A DNA stretch of 64,000 nt from a virus, in the IMG/VR virus record IMGVR_UViG_3300032236_001159, positions 1 through 64,000 of that record. The stretch is one strand, 5' to 3'. Made by a program: the position numbers and the translations under genes. Shown here piece by piece: positions 8,427-16,379 of the stretch. Each line of letters opens with the position of its first letter. Positions within the stretch are counted from its first letter, which is position 1. Below the pieces are notes generated by a model. That model was not told where the DNA came from, did no database searches, and saw nothing but the letters and a program-made list of their open reading frames with translations.

Positions 8427-10454
8427 CTAACACTTCCAACGTCTTCTCGCCGCTAATCCTCTTTCTCCGTGCCAACTTCTACTACGGGAGCAGAAATTTT
8501 TACGACGTTTTGCCGCCTTACTTCCTGGTTTTACCTTGCCGGTAACTGGTGCTTGAAGATGCGAACCAGTTGCACGATTATATTTTTCTCTTCCTTTTGC
8601 AGTCAATCCACCGCCCTTTTCTACCGAAAGTTTTTCTCCTCTTCCAACAGACAATGAGGGACCTTCTTCTGTTAGTTTATTTTTCTTCTTTTTTTTCTTT
8701 TTCTTTGGTTCAGCATCTTTATTAAGTTCTTTTATTTTTTGAAGAACTCTGGAAGTTCTTTGTGCTCTATCACTATCGGAAGAACCAGCAGTAAACCTCT
8801 CACGAGAATGCTGGCGGAAGGTTTCATTTTCGTCGTCATATGCTTCTTTAACTGTTTCAGACTCACCCATCATATAATCTGCAACAGTATCAATATGATC
8901 TGCTGCTTTTGTGATTTTGGATTGAACCCACGCAGGTAATTGTTGTTTATTTGATTTTATTTTTTTGCGAAGAGATTTGACTGCTCTTTCTATGGTAGAA
9001 AGTTCATTACGAGCCATTCCACCTTCTTCATCTTTATATGCCTCACCAATCATTGGGTTGTAAGATGCAGTAATATCAGTTGCTCCGGGAACTGATAATG
9101 ACTGTATTTTTTTCATTAAGATTTGTCTTTGTATTGCTTTTTGTTTTTTTTGTAAATTATCTTCTTGATTTGGATTTTGTTGAGTATCTGGGTTGTCTAC
9201 TGCTTCTTTAACTGATGTTTCATTTGGATTAATATCAATCTTATTCTTTCCTTTCATCACATCAATAATTTTTTTCTTTTCCTTTCCTTTTTCATTATCT
9301 TTTAATCCAAAATCATCAATTTCAATAATCAATCCCTGTTCGGTGAGCAATTCATCTCTCCAATTAGAATATTTTTCTCTAATATTTGATGTATTTCCTT
9401 TATATTGTCTTTTTACCGCATTGGCTTTATCAATTCTTTTGCTGAGTGGATTTTCTCCTCCTCGTCCAATAGTATGAAATTTTCCGGATAAAGTTTTACC
9501 AGCAATTGCAGTTGCTGTGGCTAAACGACCAACAGGAAATCCGAATGCGGTTGGTGCTTTATGTACAACACGTTTTGCTGGAACTGTTGGTGTTGTTGGT
9601 GCTGGCGCAGTTGGTTTTTGTCCGGTTGATATATTAGATCCCGGTCCCTTTGGTCTCATTGCCCCAGGTCCTTTTGGTCCAGAAGGTCCTTTTGGTCCAG
9701 AAGGTCCTTTTGGTCCAGAAGGTCCTTTTGGTCCAGAAGGTCCTTTTGGTCTCATTGCTGCTGGTCCCGATGGTCCAGCAGGTCCTTTGGGACCAGAAGG
9801 TCCTTTTGGTCTCATTGCTGCTGGTCCCGATGGTCCAGCAGGTCCTTTGGGTCCAGAAGGTCTAGTTGCTGGTGCAGTTGCTTTTGGTGTAGATGCTGAA
9901 CTTGAAGATCCAGTCCCAGGAGTTGCTGGTGCAGTTTTGTTTGCTTGTGGTGGTCTTCCAGGTGCCCCTAGTTCTTTTTTTTCTGGTTGTGCTTTTGCTG
10001 CTGCATTTGCTGCTGCATTTGCTTTTCTTTTCGCAGCCAACCATTTTGCGCCATGAACAGCCGCACCAGCAACACCAGCAGCAGCAGAACCTACATTCCC
10101 GATTGCTTTGGAATATGCAGTTCCTTCTTTATCTTGACTACTAATCTGTTGAGTTTTAATGCCAGAAAGAGATGCTTTTGCTGCTGCTGCGTGTTTCTCT
10201 ACTCCCTGTTTCTTTAATTTATCAATTTGTGCTTTCTTTTGTGCTTCATATTTTTCTTTTTTGAACTGGTGAATATCTCTTAACAGTTGAGTATGAGCCG
10301 ATTGATAGTCTCTTTTGTCTTTTGCTTTCTTTTCTTTACTTTGAAGAGATTTTGGCATTGATGGGTCTTTATCGGCAAGTTTCTCTGCTTCAATTCTAGC
10401 TTGTCTATCTCTTTTTGATTCTGCTTCTGTGATGATTTCTTTCCAAGTCTTCAT
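8427..10454 (-). CDS. Modular 675-aa protein with capsid-targeting-like N-terminus, collagen-like GPx repeats and basic C-terminal domain
   Basis: Starts [11 protein letters not shown]; (GPK/GPS/GPA)n; [16 protein letters not shown] module; C-terminal [23 protein letters not shown]...FCSR...RRRWKC. Confidence 0.8.
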   Translation of the reverse strand: MKTWKEIITEAESKRDRQARIEAEKLADKDPSMPKSLQSKEKKAKDKRDYQSAHTQLLRDIHQFKKEKYEAQKKAQIDKLKKQGVEKHAAAAKASLSGIKTQQISSQDKEGTAYSKAIGNVGSAAAGVAGAAVHGAKWLAAKRKANAAANAAAKAQPEKKELGAPGRPPQANKTAPATPGTGSSSSASTPKATAPATRPSGPKGPAGPSGPAAMRPKGPSGPKGPAGPSGPAAMRPKGPSGPKGPSGPKGPSGPKGPSGPKGPGAMRPKGPGSNISTGQKPTAPAPTTPTVPAKRVVHKAPTAFGFPVGRLATATAIAGKTLSGKFHTIGRGGENPLSKRIDKANAVKRQYKGNTSNIREKYSNWRDELLTEQGLIIEIDDFGLKDNEKGKEKKKIIDVMKGKNKIDINPNETSVKEAVDNPDTQQNPNQEDNLQKKQKAIQRQILMKKIQSLSVPGATDITASYNPMIGEAYKDEEGGMARNELSTIERAVKSLRKKIKSNKQQLPAWVQSKITKAADHIDTVADYMMGESETVKEAYDDENETFRQHSRERFTAGSSDSDRAQRTSRVLQKIKELNKDAEPKKKKKKKKNKLTEEGPSLSVGRGEKLSVEKGGGLTAKGREKYNRATGSHLQAPVTGKVKPGSKAAKRRKNFCSRSRSWHGERGLAARRRWKC
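9667..9858. repeat. Coding tandem repeats: 4 x 18 bp plus 2 x 60 bp
   Basis: GGTCCTTTTGGTCCAGAA x4 (9667-9738), then a 60-bp unit at 9739-9798 and 9799-9858 with one mismatch. Confidence 0.9.
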
Positions 10455-10456
10455 TT

Positions 10457-11650
10457 TTACTTAGACCCACTATTTCTTTTAGTATTTATCTTTTTCTTTG
10501 GTACTGTTATTTTAATTTCAGTATCAGTATAAGGAACTACTGGTTGTCCGGGCGTCATTGATTGTGCATGTGCCCTGTAAGTACAAGTTCCAATCTCTTG
10601 AACTTCTCTTAAATCTCTTAACCAACTCTTAAACATTACTCCATCTTCTGTTACACAGATAAGATGATTTGAACCTTTGCGAAGTATTCTTCCAACTAAT
10701 CCAGTATTTAAATTTTCAACAAATGTTCCCACCTCAAATAATCCATTTTTTTTATAATTCCATCTCATTCCATTATAATCAAGTTCAGGTGCTATTTTCC
10801 ACAATTCAGTATTTTCATTTACCTTCATAGACCTTTTTATAGTATTAAACATTTCTTTTCTTTCGCTAACTTTCATAGTAGCGGGAAGACCACTTGAAAA
10901 CTTTTCATAGTCTCCCATAGCAGCAGCAGTTCTCATCATCGCAGAAGAACCAGCACCTCCAACATCACTATCTGGATCTTTCACACCAGCAGAAATTACC
11001 TGAATACTATTGAATTGGTATGATTCTCCTTCTCCTTTGTGTGCTAAACTTTGAAACTCTCCAAGTCTATCTTGACCAACAACAATAACTACATCAGTAT
11101 ATCCATCACCATATAAAGATTCAAGAACATCAAATATCGTTTTCATCTTATCGCTATCCACAATATATTCTGCATATTGTGGATACATTGATTGCATATA
11201 AGAAACTTTAAGTCTTACATTCAATGGATTTGTGGCATCATCCTGAATACGACTTGGATAGATACGATATTCAAATTTTCTTCTATTTGCTTGTGAATAT
11301 CCTGCCCTCAAGAGTGCTTCGTGATTCTTAGATGGCGGATTGAATCTTCCCAATACAATTACTGCACCATTTGGTTCTTGTTGCTGTTCTTGTGATGCAG
11401 TTTGAGTCTGTTGTGGCGCAGTTTGTTGTGATGCTGTTTGTGAAGTCTTTTGTTGTGTTTTCTGTTGTTGCTGTGCTCCCGCACCACCTTGACCAAAATA
11501 CTGCAACTTTCCCCCCACAGTTTTTGCTACAAGATTTCCTTGATTATCATAATAATCTCCGTGGGCATCACTTTTAAGACCACGATTTCTTGCTTCCGTG
11601 GATGCGGCAGTAGTTCGTGCTTCTATTATGAACTGGGCAAAAGTCTTCAT
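10457..11650 (-). CDS. Cytidylyltransferase-like (HUP/HIGH-fold) nucleotidyltransferase
   Basis: GRFNPPSKNH (HxGH-like), NPL, VVGQDR, SAGVKDPD, SSAMMR motifs; typical cyanomyophage gene. Confidence 0.8.
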   Translation of the reverse strand: MKTFAQFIIEARTTAASTEARNRGLKSDAHGDYYDNQGNLVAKTVGGKLQYFGQGGAGAQQQQKTQQKTSQTASQQTAPQQTQTASQEQQQEPNGAVIVLGRFNPPSKNHEALLRAGYSQANRRKFEYRIYPSRIQDDATNPLNVRLKVSYMQSMYPQYAEYIVDSDKMKTIFDVLESLYGDGYTDVVIVVGQDRLGEFQSLAHKGEGESYQFNSIQVISAGVKDPDSDVGGAGSSAMMRTAAAMGDYEKFSSGLPATMKVSERKEMFNTIKRSMKVNENTELWKIAPELDYNGMRWNYKKNGLFEVGTFVENLNTGLVGRILRKGSNHLICVTEDGVMFKSWLRDLREVQEIGTCTYRAHAQSMTPGQPVVPYTDTEIKITVPKKKINTKRNSGSK

Positions 11651-11681
11651 TTATATTGGTTTTTAGTTATTTATTATAAAT

Positions 11682-12770
11682 TTATCTAACACCTTTGATG
11701 TATTCTTTATCCTTAATTTTTTCTCCATTTACAAACTTAATATCAAATCCTTTCAGTATTTTAGACCCATTTTTTCCAGGATCAGCTTCTTCAATCAAAA
11801 GATAAACATCTTTCATTAACTCAGTCAGATCAGATGGAGAAGTTTTTCTATAAATCCTTTCGCAAATCACATTCATTACAATATTTTCATCTATTCCTTG
11901 ATATTTAGAGTTAATTACAATATAATCAACTTCATTCTTTCCTTCACCAAAACAAAACTTTTTGGTTTCTTCTTTTGTTGCAGGGATATATATTCCCCTA
12001 ACACCAAGCTGAAAGTTTCTTACCCCAGACATTGAAGTGTTAATATTGACTATTCCATGAGAAATATTTCTATCTAATATTTCCGAAGCATCTTGGTATG
12101 TATTTGCACTACTCCAAAAACCAAAATTTCCTTGCTTTAAAGAAATTTTAATCGTTGGTCTAGGGCTTCCATTATCTAATCTTCGTATAAGTTCAATATC
12201 CGGTTTATCATTGGCTTGCCCCACTCTTTTGACATCAACTATATTAGATATGTTTATAGAATTTTTATTTTTATTATTAAATAAATTTAAAGTTAAATTG
12301 AAAAAAGATAACGGTATAAGGGGGCGTCCATATTCTTTCTGCAAATCTTTTAATTTTGATAGTTCATCTTTAATTATAGATTCGAAATATAATTCAAATG
12401 CCATTCCTGGCCTTAATACTTCTGGGGTTTTTGTTTTATGTAATCCAGTAAATATTTTTATTGATATATCTTTATTGGCATTTACCAATATAGTTTTATA
12501 TTTTCGAGTTAAATTTTCATCCTTTCCAATATAAAAATTCGATTGAGGATAATAATTCGACAATGCTTTATACAAATTAATATAAAGTCTTGATATCATA
12601 TCAAAAGTCATCAATCTATTTGGAATTATAATAAGTGTATTTGGTGACTTACTAGTATTTGGATATGTAATTTGGACCTTATTATTTTTTAATATTTTTT
12701 CCACCAAAATAAATACCTTTTTTGGTAAGAGATACACACTATCGGATTTAGAATTTTGTAAGGAGGGCAC
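11682..12770 (-). CDS. Hypothetical protein, possible PD-(D/E)XK nuclease fold
   Basis: GMAFE...KPDIEL...IKISLKQ pattern; start codon uncertain. Confidence 0.55.
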   Translation of the reverse strand: MPSLQNSKSDSVYLLPKKVFILVEKILKNNKVQITYPNTSKSPNTLIIIPNRLMTFDMISRLYINLYKALSNYYPQSNFYIGKDENLTRKYKTILVNANKDISIKIFTGLHKTKTPEVLRPGMAFELYFESIIKDELSKLKDLQKEYGRPLIPLSFFNLTLNLFNNKNKNSINISNIVDVKRVGQANDKPDIELIRRLDNGSPRPTIKISLKQGNFGFWSSANTYQDASEILDRNISHGIVNINTSMSGVRNFQLGVRGIYIPATKEETKKFCFGEGKNEVDYIVINSKYQGIDENIVMNVICERIYRKTSPSDLTELMKDVYLLIEEADPGKNGSKILKGFDIKFVNGEKIKDKEYIKGVR

Positions 12771-12814
12771 AATAATTTTTTACTTATTCTATTGTATATT
12801 TATTTTACGCACAT

Positions 12815-12848
12815 AAAAAATCCCCCCTTCGTTTAGAAAGGGGGGATT
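12815..12848 (-). terminator. Rho-independent terminator
   Basis: AATCCCCCCTT...AAGGGGGGATT stem with a U tract on the minus strand, right after the replication operon. Confidence 0.85.
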
Positions 12849-12851
12849 AAA

Positions 12852-13034
12852 TTATTCTTTTACTTGTTCTTCAATTTTTTTATCAATATCTGTAATTACA
12901 TTACGAATATCAGTAATCCTAGGAGGAATAGTATCCACATCATAAGTATATGATTTTTGATGTTCAAAAAGAATTTGACGAACTGCTGCGGCAGAACGAA
13001 CATCCATTTTAATAGTTATATTTTTTGCCATCAA
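12852..13034 (-). CDS. Small hypothetical protein
   Basis: Overlaps the mazG stop and precedes the terminator. Confidence 0.7.
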   Translation of the reverse strand: MMAKNITIKMDVRSAAAVRQILFEHQKSYTYDVDTIPPRITDIRNVITDIDKKIEEQVKE

Positions 13035-13441
13035 ATATCTCCCTCTTCACGATGTTCTGAGTAATAAGCATCAAAATACCCTTCCGGATAACGCTTCATT
13101 AGTTTATCAATATTCGTTTGAATCACTTCATCAAAAGAAATATCAAGTGCGATACAAGCTTGTGCCACATACCACATCGTATCTCCAAGTTCTTTAATTA
13201 GATGAGTGCGCGTTTCCTCATTCCAAGGTTTTCCTTGGAAAATAAGTTTCTTCACAATTTCAAGAAATTCGCCACCTTCGGCATTGATACCAACACCAGA
13301 GGTTAGAAGTCTTTCAATATTAGCACCTTTCTCATCAAGTTGTACCATACGGTCAGAAAGAGCAAGAAAGTCTTTGGATGCATCAGAAGTTACTGCATCT
13401 ACAAAGTTTTGATATTTAGAAAAGTCAATTTTTTTAGTCAT
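13031..13441 (-). CDS. mazG: MazG-like nucleotide pyrophosphohydrolase
   Basis: AEGGEFLEIVKK...ELGDTMWYVAQAC...KLMKRYP. Confidence 0.92.
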   Translation of the reverse strand: MTKKIDFSKYQNFVDAVTSDASKDFLALSDRMVQLDEKGANIERLLTSGVGINAEGGEFLEIVKKLIFQGKPWNEETRTHLIKELGDTMWYVAQACIALDISFDEVIQTNIDKLMKRYPEGYFDAYYSEHREEGDI

Positions 13442-14817
13442 TAAAATTTAAATCCAGAGAATTGTTTTTTAGGTTTATCTTCTTCATAATTATACTCTTC
13501 TTCTTGTCCAGAGTCAAGTATATCTTTTTGAGCAGATTGCTCTACATCAAATAATCTCATTTTTGCCCTATCAATACCAACAACAAATCTTTTATTCACA
13601 GAAACATCATTATCACGATTTTTAATTTGTTTAAACATTACTTGACCTAATTGATCAAGTTCTTCTGTTCTTATCATACCCAACATAATGTCTGCAGTGG
13701 CAGGAAGCCCAAAACTTTCTGAAGTATCAGACATATCCGGATCTGAACTATTATAACCACTACGAGTAAGCTGTGTGGCTGTCCATAATGGAAAATTATT
13801 TTCTACCGCAAGTCCACGAAGTTCCTCAGTGATTGATTTAACAATTGTATAAGAATTTGCTGAATAATTTTTGCTGTATCTACTAGATGTGCAGATATTT
13901 AAATAATCCACAAATAAAACATCAGGAACAAATGATTGTTTTAATACAAGTTCATTCAAAAGAGAACGAAAATGGCCAGAATGAGCAGAAGAAGTTGGAT
14001 ATTCTTTAATAATCAATCGCCCCATTGTTTTTTTAGATAATTCTGCGATTTTTCTATTAAATGTATCTTTTTGTAAATACTGAATATCTCCGATATTTAC
14101 ATTCAATAAATTAGCATCAATTCTTTGGGCAATCTTTTCTTCTGACATTTCAAGAGTAATATAAAGAACATTTTTCCCTTGAAGCAAAAATGATGACGCC
14201 AAATGAGTTAATGTTAATGATTTTCCTACATTTGGTCCAGCAAGTATTACATTTAAAGTTTTTTTGGATGTTCCGCCTCCTGTGATTTTATTGAAATACT
14301 CCAAATCAAATTCTATTTTTTCTTCTTTTCGATTATAATATTCAAATCTTTCTTCCGAATTATTTAAATAATCGTGACCGATGTTATTATCAAATCCAAC
14401 CGAAAGTGCTTCTTGAAGAATATTTGGAATTGCATCCCTACCTTTCTTTTCGTCTTGTCCGTCAGCAATTTTAATACTTTCCATAAGTGCGAGATAGATT
14501 GCTCTATCACGACACCATTTCTCAGTCGTATCAGTAATCCAATTCGTATCGGCAGGAGTATTATCTAAATTAGAAACATATTCACAAATTGTTTTATAAG
14601 TATCTTCTGTAATATCAATTCTTTTTTCAGTCTCAATCAAAAGAACTTCTTTTGTTGCAAGACCATCATAAGCAACAATAAACTTACATATTTCTTCAAA
14701 AACTACTTTTTCATGAAGATTTTCAAAATACTCATTTTTAATAAAAGGTAAAACTTTTCTACAATAATCATTGTTGAAAAGTAAATTACGAAGAATTGTT
14801 GTCTCTACTTTTTCCAT
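13441..14817 (-). CDS. gp41: Replicative DNA helicase (T4 gp41-like)
   Basis: Walker A AGPNVGKS, YITLEMSEE, IIKEYPT, VDYLNI, ATQLTRSG, SESFGLPATAD. Confidence 0.95.
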   Translation of the reverse strand: MEKVETTILRNLLFNNDYCRKVLPFIKNEYFENLHEKVVFEEICKFIVAYDGLATKEVLLIETEKRIDITEDTYKTICEYVSNLDNTPADTNWITDTTEKWCRDRAIYLALMESIKIADGQDEKKGRDAIPNILQEALSVGFDNNIGHDYLNNSEERFEYYNRKEEKIEFDLEYFNKITGGGTSKKTLNVILAGPNVGKSLTLTHLASSFLLQGKNVLYITLEMSEEKIAQRIDANLLNVNIGDIQYLQKDTFNRKIAELSKKTMGRLIIKEYPTSSAHSGHFRSLLNELVLKQSFVPDVLFVDYLNICTSSRYSKNYSANSYTIVKSITEELRGLAVENNFPLWTATQLTRSGYNSSDPDMSDTSESFGLPATADIMLGMIRTEELDQLGQVMFKQIKNRDNDVSVNKRFVVGIDRAKMRLFDVEQSAQKDILDSGQEEEYNYEEDKPKKQFSGFKF

Positions 14818-15377
14818 TACTTATAATGCAAATATGTGTGTAAAATATATTTTGGATTACTTATTGGTTGCAATCCAGCGTGAGGAAACATCCAAAGAGG
14901 AGGAAATACAAGAAGACTTCCTTTCTTCGGTTGTATAATCATATCAGCAAATTTAGTTTCTCCTCCTTGCTCTACGTCATTCAAATACCAAAAGAAAGCT
15001 AAATATCTTCTTGATGTTGAATGATCTATAACATCTACGTGAGTATCAAATTCATCATTTCCATCATTATTATACTTCTTAATGCGAAATTGCTCAAATG
15101 CGTGTTCTTCAGGAAAAACTCTCTTATCAATCATATCATAATATTGATTACGATAATCAAATGTTTTTTTAATTAGGTGATTGTGAACAGTATTTACTTC
15201 GTCTGTGATCTTGCAGTTTTCCGTAAGATTAAATTGAGTAAAATTTGGTTTTCTTTCATTTTCAATTCTTTCGTGTTTATCTGGAACTTGATCAAATAAT
15301 GAAATTAAAAAATCACAAACATTTTCTTCCAGTGCATTTTCATAAACTTGAACAAAATAATTTAAATCAATTACCAT
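14817..15377 (-). CDS. 2OG-Fe(II) oxygenase (prolyl-4-hydroxylase-like)
   Basis: HVD, YLNDVEQGGET, FPPLWMFPH, KY facial-triad pattern. Confidence 0.9.
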   Translation of the reverse strand: MVIDLNYFVQVYENALEENVCDFLISLFDQVPDKHERIENERKPNFTQFNLTENCKITDEVNTVHNHLIKKTFDYRNQYYDMIDKRVFPEEHAFEQFRIKKYNNDGNDEFDTHVDVIDHSTSRRYLAFFWYLNDVEQGGETKFADMIIQPKKGSLLVFPPLWMFPHAGLQPISNPKYILHTYLHYK

Positions 15378-16371
15378 AACTAAATTCTTTTCTTGCTGTT
15401 TCGTCTAGTGCTTGCATTACTTCTGGAGTAAAATATTTTTCTGGTTCTGCAAGAATTTGTTTGGCATAGATTTTCTTGCCACCTATTTCATAACGTCCCG
15501 CAACATTTTTCCATAATCCACCAAGTTCACCAAGTTCAAGCAGACCGTAATACCTATCAAGACCTCGTTCATCATAATAAAGACGAACTTCAACATCTTG
15601 ATTTTCTTTACTCAAACGTGATTTTGCAGTCTTACATTTGATGATATTGCCAATGATTTCTGTTCCGTCTTTTTCCTTTTTCTTGGATAGATGAATAATA
15701 GTAGAAGCAGCATATTTGAGACCACTACCACCACCCATTTCCTTAGTTGGAACATAAGCACCAATAACATCATAAGTGTGATTTGTCACGATCATTGGAA
15801 TATTTGCCTGACCTAGTTTCAAAGTAAGCATACGGAATGCACCTTTGATCAGTTGGGATTTGGTCATATCCCTAACCTCCTTGTCGTTCAGAGCATCATT
15901 GATCTCCTTACTGGTGGAAAGCATTCCCAAAGAGTCTAGCACAAACATACAAGGATTGCGATCCCCCTCTGCCTTCTTCATATACAGATCAACTGCTTTT
16001 AGTGCCTTCCCACGAAACTCTTCTACGGTGACAACATTGATAACCACCAATCGAGTTGTGTCGATCTTTCTGCTCTCTAATAAGGATTTAGTGATTGCAG
16101 CTTCAGTATCAAAATACAAACAATATCCAGTAGGATTATTATCAAGAAAATTCTTGACGACTGCCAAACTGAAAAAAGTTTTTCCAGTACTTGATTCCCC
16201 CGCAATTGCAGTAATTTTATTACCAGATACCCCGCCAAAGATGCTCCCACTAACAAGAGCATTGAATATGTAACTACCAGTGTCCACATAAGTTTCAGTT
16301 TCGTCAATATCTGATGCAAGTTGCGTATACTCTCCGCCAATTTCTTTTACAATATCTTTTAAAAAGTCCAT
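15367..16371 (-). CDS. uvsX: RecA-like recombinase UvsX
   Basis: AGESSTGKT, YFDTE, LDSLGML, VTNHTY, MGGGSG. Confidence 0.95.
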   Translation of the reverse strand: MDFLKDIVKEIGGEYTQLASDIDETETYVDTGSYIFNALVSGSIFGGVSGNKITAIAGESSTGKTFFSLAVVKNFLDNNPTGYCLYFDTEAAITKSLLESRKIDTTRLVVINVVTVEEFRGKALKAVDLYMKKAEGDRNPCMFVLDSLGMLSTSKEINDALNDKEVRDMTKSQLIKGAFRMLTLKLGQANIPMIVTNHTYDVIGAYVPTKEMGGGSGLKYAASTIIHLSKKKEKDGTEIIGNIIKCKTAKSRLSKENQDVEVRLYYDERGLDRYYGLLELGELGGLWKNVAGRYEIGGKKIYAKQILAEPEKYFTPEVMQALDETARKEFSYGN

Positions 16372-16379
16372 TTTATCTC

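Noticed and set aside
9667-9858. Repeat array considered as a CRISPR or mini-array
   Set aside because: Units are directly adjacent, lengths are multiples of 3, there are no unique spacers, and the array lies inside a coding frame
9517-10056. Plus-strand 179-aa ORF that also reads as Gly-Pro-X collagen
   Set aside because: Gly (GGN) and Pro (CCN) codons are reverse complements, so the antisense frame mirrors the real repeat; no RBS or promoter support
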